Shown here: one piece after another, positions 1-9,232 of the stretch
Numbering within the stretch: position 1 is the first letter of the stretch
Layout of the letters: each line of letters starts with the position of its first letter
Assembly: GCA_045533905.1 (NCBI GenBank)
Contig: JAZSIR010000016.1
Span: 56,811 to 120,810 of the forward strand
Direction: 5' to 3'
Origin: Clostridia bacterium
GTDB lineage: Bacteria; Bacillota; Clostridia; UMGS1883; UMGS1540
DNA: 64,000 nt
The notes under the pieces: generated by a model
What the model was told of the DNA's origin: nothing
The model's database searches: none
What the model saw: only the letters and a program-made list of their open reading frames with translations
Position numbers and translations under genes: made by a program

Positions 1-1180
1 ACGTCGCGCAAGCGACTCGGAGCCGTTCTCTGCTTTGGCATTTAAGATTATGACTGACCCGTTTGTAGGTAAGCTTTGCTTCTTCAGAGTTTACTCCGGT
101 ACCCTCAATAAGGGCTCCGCTGTATACAACTCCACGAAGGACAAGACCGAAAGAGTTGGCCGTATTCTCCAGATGCACGCAAATGACAGACAGGATATCG
201 ATATCGTATACTCCGGCGACATTGCCGCAGCCGTTGGTCTTAAGAACACCGGCACAGGCGACACGCTTTGTGACGAATCGAACCCCGTAATCCTGGAATC
301 TATGGAATTCCCGGAACCGGTTATCCGCGTTGCTATCGAGCCGAAGACAAAGGCCGGTCAGGAAAAGATGGGTATTGCGCTTGCTAAGCTTGCTGAAGAA
401 GACCCGACATTCCGTGCATATACAGACGAAGAAACAGGCCAGACCATTATCGCCGGTATGGGCGAGCTGCATCTGGAAATCATTGTTGACCGTCTCCTGC
501 GCGAATTCAAGGTAGAAGCAAACGTAGGTAAGCCGCAGGTATCCTACAAAGAAGCAATCCGTAAGCCTGTTCGTGTGGACCACAAGTATGCACGTCAGTC
601 CGGTGGTAAGGGTCAGTACGGTCACTGCGTACTGGAAATCGAGCCGATGGAAGCAGGCACCGGTTACGAATTTGTTAACAAGATTGTTGGTGGTGCAATT
701 CCGAAGGAATACATCCCCGCTGTTGATGCCGGTATTCAGAGCGCTATGCAGAATGGTGTTCTGGCAGGCTACAACGTTGTGGACGTTCGCGTAACACTTG
801 TTGACGGTTCTTACCACGAGGTTGACTCTTCTGAAATGGCATTTAAGATTGCCGGTTCTATGGCATTCAAAGATGGTTGCCGCAAGGGCGATCCGGTTCT
901 CAAAGAACCCATCATGCAGGTTGACGTTATCGTACCGGAAGAATACATGGGTGATGTTATGGGTGACCTTAACTCTCGCCGTGGTCAGATTCAGGGTATG
1001 GAAGCAAGACCGGGTGCACAGGCCATCGCTGCATTTGTGCCGCTGAGCGAAATGTTCGGTTACGCTACCGACCTTCGTTCCAAAACACAGGGCCGCGGTC
1101 AGTACACCATGCAGCCCAGCCACTATGAAGAAGTTCCGAAGAGCATTATGGAAGCAATCATAGCCGGCAAACAGAAATAA
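1..1180 (+). CDS. fusA: Elongation factor G (5' end outside window)
   Basis: EF-G domain II-V motifs ([39 protein letters not shown]); directly upstream of tuf; frame open from window start. Confidence 0.99.
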   Translation, partial: RRASDSEPFSALAFKIMTDPFVGKLCFFRVYSGTLNKGSAVYNSTKDKTERVGRILQMHANDRQDIDIVYSGDIAAAVGLKNTGTGDTLCDESNPVILESMEFPEPVIRVAIEPKTKAGQEKMGIALAKLAEEDPTFRAYTDEETGQTIIAGMGELHLEIIVDRLLREFKVEANVGKPQVSYKEAIRKPVRVDHKYARQSGGKGQYGHCVLEIEPMEAGTGYEFVNKIVGGAIPKEYIPAVDAGIQSAMQNGVLAGYNVVDVRVTLVDGSYHEVDSSEMAFKIAGSMAFKDGCRKGDPVLKEPIMQVDVIVPEEYMGDVMGDLNSRRGQIQGMEARPGAQAIAAFVPLSEMFGYATDLRSKTQGRGQYTMQPSHYEEVPKSIMEAIIAGKQK

Positions 1181-1203
1181 ATCGCAGTTTTTCTAAAAAA
1201 TAC

Positions 1204-1232
1204 TTGATTTTTTCGTGATTTTATAGTATTAT
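1204..1232 (+). promoter_or_regulatory. Putative sigma-A promoter of tuf
   Basis: TTGATT-17bp-TATTAT in the fusA-tuf gap. Confidence 0.5.
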
Positions 1233-1275
1233 AGCTATAAGCGACAAAAAAGTTAATTAAAGGAGGATTTTCCAA

Positions 1276-2478
1276 ATGGCAAAGGAAAAATTTGAAAGAA
1301 GTAAACCCCATGTAAACATTGGTACCATTGGTCACGTTGACCACGGCAAGACATCCTTGACCGCTGCTATCACAAAGGTTCTTGCTTTCCAGGGCAAGGC
1401 TCAGTACGAAGCATACGACATGATCGATAAGGCTCCGGAAGAAAGAGAAAGAGGTATTACCATTTCCACAGCTCACGTAGAGTACGAAACTGACAACCGT
1501 CACTACGCTCACGTTGACTGCCCGGGCCACGCTGACTATGTTAAGAACATGATCACCGGTGCTGCTCAGATGGACGGCGCTATCCTCGTTGTTTCCGCTG
1601 CAGACGGCCCGATGCCCCAGACAAGAGAACACATCCTTCTCTCCCGTCAGGTAGGCGTTCCCTACATCGTAGTATTCCTCAACAAGAAGGACCAGGTTGA
1701 CGATCCGGAACTTCTTGAACTGGTTGAAATGGAAATTCGCGAACTCCTCAACGAGTACGAATTCCCGGGCGACGATATTCCGATCGTTGCAGGTTCCGCT
1801 CTCCAGGCTCTCGAATGCGATTCCAACGATGTAAGCGCTCCGGAATACGCTCCGATCCTCGAACTCATGGAAGCTGTTGACAGCTACATTCCGACTCCGG
1901 AAAGAAAGACAGACCTTCCGTTCCTTATGCCGGTTGAAGACGTATTCTCCATCACAGGCCGTGGTACAGTTGCTACAGGCCGTGTAGAGAGAGGTGCTCT
2001 TAAGGTTTCCGACGAAGTTGAAATCGTTGGTCTTACCGACGAAGCTCGCAAGGTTGTTGTTACCGGTATCGAAATGTTCCGCAAGCTCCTCGATCAGGCA
2101 GAAGCTGGCGATAACATCGGTGCTCTTCTCCGCGGTGTTCAGAGAAACGAAATCGAACGCGGCCAGGTTCTTGCAAAGCCGGGTTCCATCAATCCGCACA
2201 CTGCATTCAAGGGCGAAGTTTACGTTCTGACCAAGGATGAAGGCGGCCGTCACACACCGTTCTTCAACAACTACAGACCGCAGTTCTACTTCAGAACAAC
2301 TGACGTTACAGGTGTTGTTCAGCTGCCGGAAGGCGTTGAAATGTGCATGCCTGGCGATAACGTATCCATCTCCGTTGAGCTGATCACTCCGATCGCTATC
2401 GAAGAAGGTCTCCGCTTCGCTATCCGCGAAGGTGGCAGAACAGTTGGTTCCGGTGTTGTAAGCGCAATCAACAAATAA
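1276..2478 (+). CDS. tuf: Elongation factor Tu
   Basis: [20 protein letters not shown] motifs; AGGAGG RBS. Confidence 0.99.
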   Translation: MAKEKFERSKPHVNIGTIGHVDHGKTSLTAAITKVLAFQGKAQYEAYDMIDKAPEERERGITISTAHVEYETDNRHYAHVDCPGHADYVKNMITGAAQMDGAILVVSAADGPMPQTREHILLSRQVGVPYIVVFLNKKDQVDDPELLELVEMEIRELLNEYEFPGDDIPIVAGSALQALECDSNDVSAPEYAPILELMEAVDSYIPTPERKTDLPFLMPVEDVFSITGRGTVATGRVERGALKVSDEVEIVGLTDEARKVVVTGIEMFRKLLDQAEAGDNIGALLRGVQRNEIERGQVLAKPGSINPHTAFKGEVYVLTKDEGGRHTPFFNNYRPQFYFRTTDVTGVVQLPEGVEMCMPGDNVSISVELITPIAIEEGLRFAIREGGRTVGSGVVSAINK

Positions 2479-2489
2479 GACATCTTTCC

Positions 2490-2518
2490 AAAGGGCTGCC
2501 CTATGGCAGCCCTTTGTT
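2490..2518 (+). terminator. Intrinsic terminator after tuf
   Basis: AAGGGCTGCC-ctat-GGCAGCCCTT followed by TGTT. Confidence 0.8.
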
Positions 2519-2551
2519 GCTCTTTAGAAAAATGCAGGAGGGTGGATACAC

Positions 2552-3022
2552 TTGGAAAGAAGAGATAAATACAATTACTACTTGGATATTGCAGAAACCG
2601 TTATCGGCCGCGGCACATGCCTGCGCCGAAACTACGGTGCTATTATCGTAAAGAATGATGAAATCATCTCGAGCGGCTATACCGGCGCGCCGCGCGGTCG
2701 CCAAAATTGTATTGACCGTGGCACTTGTCGCAGGGAGGAGCTTTCCATCCCGAGCGGTCAGCGCTATGAGCTTTGCCGCAGTGTACATGCGGAAGCAAAC
2801 GCCATAATAAGCGCATCCCGCCGCGATATGATCGGCGCGGTTTTGTACCTCGCCGGAAAAGATGCAAAAACGGGCGAACTTGTTGAAAATGCTACTTCCT
2901 GCGCCATGTGCCGCCGCATGATTATCAATGCCGGTATTGAGCTTGTGGTGGTACGGCAGACAAAAGATAAGTACGAAATTGTAAACGTGCAGGACTGGGT
3001 GACGAATGACGAGTCCCTGTAA
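2552..3022 (+). CDS. dCMP deaminase / ComEB family zinc deaminase
   Basis: HAEANA and CAMC zinc motifs; N-terminal TCLRR..GAIIVK. Confidence 0.9.
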   Translation: MERRDKYNYYLDIAETVIGRGTCLRRNYGAIIVKNDEIISSGYTGAPRGRQNCIDRGTCRREELSIPSGQRYELCRSVHAEANAIISASRRDMIGAVLYLAGKDAKTGELVENATSCAMCRRMIINAGIELVVVRQTKDKYEIVNVQDWVTNDESL

Positions 3023-3046
3023 CCTGTACGAATTTTCAAAAAAAGC

Positions 3047-3075
3047 TTGACTTTATCATGATAAAGTGCTACTAT
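3047..3075 (+). promoter_or_regulatory. Sigma-A promoter with perfect 18-bp palindromic operator
   Basis: TTGACT-17bp-TACTAT; ACTTTATCATGATAAAGT (3050-3067) is its own reverse complement. Confidence 0.75.
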
Positions 3076-3102
3076 AAAGAAGCACAATAAAGTAAAGGAG
3101 TA

Positions 3103-3936
3103 ATGAAAATGAAAAAATGGATTGCACTCGCACTTGCCCTTTGTGTAGTATTCACATTTGCGGCATGCACAAAAACAGACGTAGAAACCCCGGCTCCCTC
3201 CGCACCGGTAGCTGAAGATGCTTCCTGGGATTACATCCAGGCAAACGGAAAGCTGATTGTCGGTCTTGACGACACATTTGCTCCCATGGGCTTCCGCACA
3301 GAAGATGGTGAACTCGTTGGCTTTGATATCGACCTTGCAAATGCAGTTGGCGAAGAGCTCGGCGTTGCAGTAGAATTCAAGCCCATCGTTTGGGATGCTA
3401 AGGAAATGGAACTCGACGGCAAGAAGATTGACGTTATCTGGAACGGTATGAGCAAAACACCGGAACGCGTTGAAAAGATGAATCTTTCCAAAGCGTACTT
3501 CAATAACTCTATCGTTATTATGACAATGGCAGATAAGCCCATCGACAAGAAGGCAGACCTCGCCGGCAAGAACATCGGCACACAGGCCGCTTCTGCTGCT
3601 CTTGAAATGATTCAGGCTGACGCCATTTACGGTGACATTGCTGACGGTCTTGCAGAATATGATACCTATGATGAAGCTGTTATGGACCTTGAAGCAGGCA
3701 GACTTGATGCCGTTATCATCGACAAGGTTGCCGGTATGTACAAGGCAAACCTCAAAGCTGGTACTTTCGCATTCGCAAGTGAAGACTTCGGCGAAGACCT
3801 TTATGTAATCGGTATGCGCAAGGGCGAAGATGCTCTTACCGCAAAAATTGATGCCGCCCTCGATGCAGTAATTGCAAACGGCAAGGCAAGCGAAATCTCC
3901 ACCGAATGGTTTGGTGAGGACTTAGTTCTTCGATAA
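3103..3936 (+). CDS. Polar amino acid ABC transporter substrate-binding lipoprotein
   Basis: Lipobox FAAC; GLDDTFAPMGF..GFDIDLA (SBP_bac_3). Confidence 0.93.
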   Translation: MKMKKWIALALALCVVFTFAACTKTDVETPAPSAPVAEDASWDYIQANGKLIVGLDDTFAPMGFRTEDGELVGFDIDLANAVGEELGVAVEFKPIVWDAKEMELDGKKIDVIWNGMSKTPERVEKMNLSKAYFNNSIVIMTMADKPIDKKADLAGKNIGTQAASAALEMIQADAIYGDIADGLAEYDTYDEAVMDLEAGRLDAVIIDKVAGMYKANLKAGTFAFASEDFGEDLYVIGMRKGEDALTAKIDAALDAVIANGKASEISTEWFGEDLVLR

Positions 3937-3947
3937 ACAAAAGCGAG

Positions 3948-3984
3948 AGAAGGGCTGGTCGCAGAGATGCGGTCAGCCCTCTTT
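3948..3984 (+). terminator. Intercistronic stem-loop after SBP gene
   Basis: AGGGCTGGTCGCA...TGCGGTCAGCCCT followed by CTTT. Confidence 0.6.
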
Positions 3985-4031
3985 ACTGAAAAGAAAAGGA
4001 GACGTACGCGTTTTCGGAAAAGGATTATAGA

Positions 4032-4727
4032 ATGGATTTTATTGCTGAAAACTGGGCCAATGTGGTAGAATGGTTTACATATTCGGGCAGAATTTTGCCG
4101 GCACTTTTGCGCGGTGGACGGATTACACTTTTAGTCTTTACGCTTACGCTTGTGCTGTCGCTTCCGCTCGGTCTTATTTTTGGGCTTATGCGCATTTCGA
4201 AAGTGGCACCGCTTCGGTGGTTCTCGTCGGCGTACATCTGGGTACTTCGCGGAACGCCTCTTTTGTTGCAGCTTTATTTTGTATATTACGGCCTTCCCAA
4301 TATGGGTATTACCTTCAATGGCGTAACGGCGGCCGTTGTTGCCTTTACGCTGAATTATGCCGCATATTTTGCAGAAATTTACCGCGGCGGCATCGAATCG
4401 ATTGACCGCGGCCAGTATGAGGCCGCAAAGGCACTCGGCTTTACAAGCAGTCAGACGATGCGGAAGATTATTATTCCGCAGACCTTAAGCCGCATCATTC
4501 CGCCCATTACAAATGAAACCATCACGCTCGTAAAAGATACGGCCCTTATTACCGCGATTAGCGTTTCGGAATTACTTCGTGCTGCCAAAGGCGCCGTAAA
4601 CCGCGACCTCGATACCACGGCATTTTTGCTTGCGGCCCTTTTATATCTGTTCTTTACATTGATTCTGACCGTACTGTTCAAATCTACGGAAAAACGGTGC
4701 TCGCGTCACTTGAGGAGGGATAACTGA
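4032..4727 (+). CDS. Amino acid ABC transporter permease
   Basis: RGTPLLLQL and AEIYRGG..GQYEAA EAA loop. Confidence 0.95.
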   Translation: MDFIAENWANVVEWFTYSGRILPALLRGGRITLLVFTLTLVLSLPLGLIFGLMRISKVAPLRWFSSAYIWVLRGTPLLLQLYFVYYGLPNMGITFNGVTAAVVAFTLNYAAYFAEIYRGGIESIDRGQYEAAKALGFTSSQTMRKIIIPQTLSRIIPPITNETITLVKDTALITAISVSELLRAAKGAVNRDLDTTAFLLAALLYLFFTLILTVLFKSTEKRCSRHLRRDN

Positions 4728-5488
4728 TGGCTATTTTGGAAGTAGAAGGTCTCAAAAAGAATTTCGGTAGCCTGAAAGTTTTAAAGGGCATTGACTTCAA
4801 AACAGAAAAAGGACAGGTCACAGCCATTTTAGGTCCTTCCGGCAGCGGCAAGAGCACATTTATCCGTTGCCTTAACCGTCTTGAAAAAATATCTGCCGGT
4901 ACCATTCGTATTGACGGCGAAACGCTTGCGGAAACGGTGGATGATAAAGTTATCTATGTACCGGAAAAGGAAGCGAGACGTATTTGCGGCAAAACGGGGA
5001 TGGTGTTTCAAAACTTTAACCTGTTTCCGCATATGACGGTGCTCGATAATATCACCGCGGCACCGATTACCGTGCAAAAGCGCGATGCGGAAGAAGTAAG
5101 AGAGACGGCTATTTCGCTTCTCAGCCGCGTGGGCCTTTCTGAAAAGGCAAATCAGTATCCTTCTGCACTGTCCGGCGGGCAGCAGCAGCGCGTGGCGATT
5201 GCCCGTGCCCTTGCCTTAAAACCGGAGATTCTTTTCTTCGATGAGCCTACAAGCGCACTTGACCCCGAGCTTACGGGGGAAGTACTGCATGTTATCCGTG
5301 ACCTTGCCGCCGAGCATATGACGATGCTGATTGTAACGCACGAAATTGAATTTGCGCTCGGTGTTGCCGATCACGTTGTTTTTATGGACGGTGGCTACAT
5401 CGTGGAAGAAGGCACGGCGGACGCACTGATCAATCATCCGCAGAACGAGCGCACGAGAGCGTTTTTAAATCGAATGAATGAGGTGTAA
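4727..5488 (+). CDS. Amino acid ABC transporter ATP-binding protein
   Basis: GPSGSGKS, LSGGQQQRV, DEPTSALDPE. Confidence 0.96.
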   Translation: MAILEVEGLKKNFGSLKVLKGIDFKTEKGQVTAILGPSGSGKSTFIRCLNRLEKISAGTIRIDGETLAETVDDKVIYVPEKEARRICGKTGMVFQNFNLFPHMTVLDNITAAPITVQKRDAEEVRETAISLLSRVGLSEKANQYPSALSGGQQQRVAIARALALKPEILFFDEPTSALDPELTGEVLHVIRDLAAEHMTMLIVTHEIEFALGVADHVVFMDGGYIVEEGTADALINHPQNERTRAFLNRMNEV

Positions 5489-5491
5489 ACT

Positions 5492-6610
5492 ATGCACGCT
5501 TTAGGCATTGTGGCCGAATACAATCCGTTTCATACGGGGCATGCATATCATATAGAAAAAGCAAAACAAGAGACCGCGGCAGAGGGCGTTGTTGCCGTTA
5601 TGAGCGGGAACTTTGTGCAGCGGGGAGAGCCTGCGATCCTGGATAAATGGACGCGGGCTTTTCGTGCTATTTCCGGTGGCGTGGATCTGGTGCTGGAGTT
5701 GCCCACCGTTTACGCGCTTTCCTCCGCAGAGGGCTTTGCCCGCGGTGCGGTGGAGACGCTTCGCAGCACCGGCGTTGTGGATACACTTTCTTTCGGTAGC
5801 GAATGCGGCGATATAGCCCTTCTTAAAAGGGCAGCCAACATCTTAGAAGAGGAGCCGCCGCACTTTCGGGAGGTCCTTCAAAAAGAGCTTCGGGAGGGTA
5901 GGTCCTATGCCGCTGCCCGCATGGTGGCACTCGCCGCGATAGATGCAGAAGCCGCAAAACTTCTTTTAGAGCCGAATAACATTTTAGGCGTTCATTATTT
6001 GCGCTTTGCAAAGGATTTGGCGGTGCATACCGTAAAAAGGGAGGGGAGCGGATATCTTGCCGAGGAGATTGAAGAAGGTTTTCCTTCTGCGATGGCGCTT
6101 CGGCAAAAACTCCTTTCGGGAGAACCTGTGGATGTATACCTAAAAAAACCAATAGATAGAGAGGAACTCCATTCGCTCGAGGACTATGCCGATCTTATTT
6201 TATATGCCGTAAAGGCTACAAACTGGCAAGCCTTTGAAACGATTCCGGACGCGGTCAAAAAACGTATTGCCTCGGCAGATACATCGAGCCTTTCTGCACT
6301 TTTAGAAAGCGCAAAAACGCGGCATATACCGATGGCAACCCTAAAACGTGCTCTTTTGCAGATTCTCCTTCAAAACACGCGCACAGCCGAAGAAAAGCCG
6401 CAGTACATCCGCGTACTAGGCTTTACTGACCGCGGACAGGAAATTTTGAAAGAAATGAAGAAGACGGCGAGCCTTCCGATTATCACAAGACCTGCCGCGT
6501 TTTCAGAGCCTTCACCAATTTGGGAACTCGAAAACCGCGCAACCGATATATATTTTTTAGGAGCGCGTCGCGTGGGCGAAAACATCCGCCGCGCACCTGT
6601 AAAGGCCTAG
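5492..6610 (+). CDS. tmcAL: tRNA(Met) cytidine acetate ligase (YlbM family)
   Basis: AEYNPFHTGH HIGH-like motif, MSGNFVQRGEPA, PNNILG. Confidence 0.88.
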   Translation: MHALGIVAEYNPFHTGHAYHIEKAKQETAAEGVVAVMSGNFVQRGEPAILDKWTRAFRAISGGVDLVLELPTVYALSSAEGFARGAVETLRSTGVVDTLSFGSECGDIALLKRAANILEEEPPHFREVLQKELREGRSYAAARMVALAAIDAEAAKLLLEPNNILGVHYLRFAKDLAVHTVKREGSGYLAEEIEEGFPSAMALRQKLLSGEPVDVYLKKPIDREELHSLEDYADLILYAVKATNWQAFETIPDAVKKRIASADTSSLSALLESAKTRHIPMATLKRALLQILLQNTRTAEEKPQYIRVLGFTDRGQEILKEMKKTASLPIITRPAAFSEPSPIWELENRATDIYFLGARRVGENIRRAPVKA

Positions 6611-6620
6611 AAAAAAATAA

Positions 6621-6649
6621 TTGCAATTTATGCAAAAATATGCTATACT
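6621..6649 (+). promoter_or_regulatory. Sigma-A promoter (extended -10) of metY
   Basis: TTGCAA-17bp-TATACT preceded by TG. Confidence 0.65.
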
Positions 6650-6686
6650 GTAAAAGAATTTTACCTTATACTGTGGAGGGATAAAC

Positions 6687-7949
6687 ATGAAAGATGAAAC
6701 AAAATGCCTGCATGCAGGGTACACCCCGAAAAACGCGGAACCGCGTGTGGTACCGATTGTGCAGAGCACAACATATGTATATGATTCTACCGCGGACGTG
6801 GCGGCTGTATTTGATGACCCGACAAAGTCCCTCATCTATTCCCGCTTTGCAAACCCCACCGTTATGGCAGTAGAAGAAAAAATTGCGGCGCTGGAGGGCG
6901 GCGTAGGTGCAATGTGCACCTCGTCCGGTCAGGCGGCCACACTTCTTTCTATCCTCAATATTTGTCAGGCAGGCGATAGCTTTATAAGCCTTTCTGAGGT
7001 GTACGGCGGCACAGTAAACCTCTTTGCCGTAACACTCAAGAAACTCGGCATTGAGTGCATTTTTGTGGATAAGAACGCTACCGACGAAGAACTCGAGAAC
7101 GCTTTTAAAGAAAATACGAAGGCCGTTTTCGGCGAAACGATTGCAAACCCCGCACTTTCTGTTTTGGATATCGAGCGCTTTGCAAAGTTTGCCCATGCAC
7201 ACGGCGTGCCGCTGATTGTCGACAACACCTTCGCAACGCCGGTTCTTTGTAAACCGATCGATTTCGGCGCGGATATCGTTATTCATTCCACTTCTAAATA
7301 TATGGACGGCCACGCCGTGCAGGTAGGCGGTGTTATTGTCGATAGCGGCCGCTTTGACTGGACGAACGGCAAGTTCCCCGAACTTGTAGAGCCGGACGAA
7401 TCGTACCACGGTTTATCGTACACCAAGACATACGGCAAAATGGCCTATATCTTAAAGGCCCGTATGCAGCTGATGCGCGACTTTGGTGTATATCCGGCTG
7501 CACATTCTGCATTTCTTTTAAATCTCGGCCTTGAAACGCTCGCTGTTCGTATGCAGCGCTACTGCGAAAATGCGAAGGTTGTAGCAGGATATCTCGCAAA
7601 ATCGGATAAAATTGAAAGTATTACATATCCCGGACTTCCCGGTGATGCAAGCTACGCTCTTTCCGAGAAATACTTAAAAGGTGCAAGCGGCGTTATTTCG
7701 TTTGTGATCCGTGGCGGCAAGGAAGCGGCTATGCGCTTTATGGATTCTCTGGAGCTTGCTTCGAATGAAGTGCACGTTGCAGATATCCGCACATGCGTTC
7801 TGCATCCCGCAAGTGAAACACACCGTCAGCTTACAGACGAACAGCTCGTAGCCGCAGGTATTCAGCCCGGTATGGTGCGCTTCTCTGTAGGGCTTGAGAA
7901 TGTAGAAGACATCTTAAAAGACATCGAAAAGGCGCTTGCCGCCGTTTGA
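6687..7949 (+). CDS. metY: O-acetylhomoserine aminocarboxypropyltransferase (sulfhydrylase)
   Basis: YSRFANPT, VDNTFAT, HSTSKY PLP lysine, HPASETHRQL. Confidence 0.88.
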   Translation: MKDETKCLHAGYTPKNAEPRVVPIVQSTTYVYDSTADVAAVFDDPTKSLIYSRFANPTVMAVEEKIAALEGGVGAMCTSSGQAATLLSILNICQAGDSFISLSEVYGGTVNLFAVTLKKLGIECIFVDKNATDEELENAFKENTKAVFGETIANPALSVLDIERFAKFAHAHGVPLIVDNTFATPVLCKPIDFGADIVIHSTSKYMDGHAVQVGGVIVDSGRFDWTNGKFPELVEPDESYHGLSYTKTYGKMAYILKARMQLMRDFGVYPAAHSAFLLNLGLETLAVRMQRYCENAKVVAGYLAKSDKIESITYPGLPGDASYALSEKYLKGASGVISFVIRGGKEAAMRFMDSLELASNEVHVADIRTCVLHPASETHRQLTDEQLVAAGIQPGMVRFSVGLENVEDILKDIEKALAAV

Positions 7950-8044
7950 CGAGACGACAAAAAGGAGCCGCACTATACTGGTGCTGCCCCTTTTTGTGGG
8001 TATAGACTTCTTTACACTTTATAAAAAAGAAAAAGAGGAAACGT

Positions 8045-9217
8045 ATGAAGAAAACAGTGGCCGGCATATTGCTCTTTTGCCTTATGGTGATGGCAATGCC
8101 GGTAGGAAGCGCCAGTGTTACGATGTACGCGGCCGACGGGCGCACAACCCTTGTGCCGGAGAAAGACGTGGAAGCGTACACAAAAGTAGGCTGGTACAGA
8201 ACATATGAAGAAACTGTCACCACGGTGTATGCAATGGATGGCCGCACACTTGTCATTCCCAAGGCGTATTTCGGGGACTATCTGAACGTCGGCTGGTATG
8301 CCACACGGGAGGAAACGGTGGCAACCGTGTATGCTATGGACGGTCGTACCCTCGAGGTGCCGCGCGCACATCTGGAGGAATATCTGCGCGTGGGCTGGTA
8401 TGCCACACGCGAGGAAACGGTTGCAACCGTGTACGCGATGGATGGCCGAAGTCTCGAGATCCCAAGGGATTTCCTTGCGGACTATCTGAAGGTGGGCTGG
8501 TATGCCACGGAAGCGGAAACGAGGCAGAATGTGTATGCGCCCGATGGGCGGGTGCTGCGCATATTAAAGCCGGAGCTTTCGGCATATCTTGCCGTTGGCT
8601 GGAGCGCGATACCGTTTTCTTCACCGCGCGTAGCCCTCACATTTGATGACGGGCCGCATGGTACACACACAGATGCTGTTTTGAACACACTCGCAAAATA
8701 CGGCGTAAAAGCCACGTTCTTCATGCTCGGTACACAGGTGGATAAGTATCCGGCCGTGGCCGCGCGTGTGGCGGAAGCGGGCCATGAAATCGGAAGCCAC
8801 ACCTATATCCATCCGAACCTTTCCAAAAGCAGCGCATCGCGCATCCAGAGTGAGGTTTCCAAAACGAGGAATTCTATTCTGCGCGCCACCGGAAAGGAGC
8901 CCTCGCTCCTTCGCCCGCCGTACGGAAATCATACGGCCACAGTGCGCCGCCTTGCAGGTGTACCGACGGTTTTATGGAATGTAGATACAGAGGACTGGAG
9001 GGGAAAAAGCGCCGACGCGATTGCACAGCACATTTTGTCGCACGCGTGGGACGGCGCGGTAATCCTTATGCACGATATCTACGAAAATACCGCAGAGGCG
9101 ATTGAAAAAGCCGTGCCAGCACTTCTTGCGCGCGGTGTGCGCCTTGTAACGGTGAGCGAGCTTGCCGCCGCAAAGGGGCAGACGCTTTCCGCGGGAACGG
9201 CTTATTATGGGTTTTAG
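8045..9217 (+). CDS. Secreted NodB/CE4 polysaccharide deacetylase with five N-terminal 34-aa repeats
   Basis: Signal peptide; TFDDGP, HTYIHP, RPPYG, DTEDW, LMHD CE4 motifs. Confidence 0.9.
   Translation: MKKTVAGILLFCLMVMAMPVGSASVTMYAADGRTTLVPEKDVEAYTKVGWYRTYEETVTTVYAMDGRTLVIPKAYFGDYLNVGWYATREETVATVYAMDGRTLEVPRAHLEEYLRVGWYATREETVATVYAMDGRSLEIPRDFLADYLKVGWYATEAETRQNVYAPDGRVLRILKPELSAYLAVGWSAIPFSSPRVALTFDDGPHGTHTDAVLNTLAKYGVKATFFMLGTQVDKYPAVAARVAEAGHEIGSHTYIHPNLSKSSASRIQSEVSKTRNSILRATGKEPSLLRPPYGNHTATVRRLAGVPTVLWNVDTEDWRGKSADAIAQHILSHAWDGAVILMHDIYENTAEAIEKAVPALLARGVRLVTVSELAAAKGQTLSAGTAYYGF
8120..8605 (+). repeat. Five tandem 102-bp coding repeats (TVYAxDGRTLxxPxxxxxxYLxVGWY)
   Basis: Visible in protein and DNA (ggctggtatgccac, gatggccg recurring every 102 bp). 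Confidence 0.95.
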
Positions 9218-9232
9218 AAAGGAAATCTTGGT

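Noticed and set aside
1123-2253. 376-aa antisense ORF over tuf
   Set aside because: Shadow of a highly codon-biased gene; no motif or RBS.
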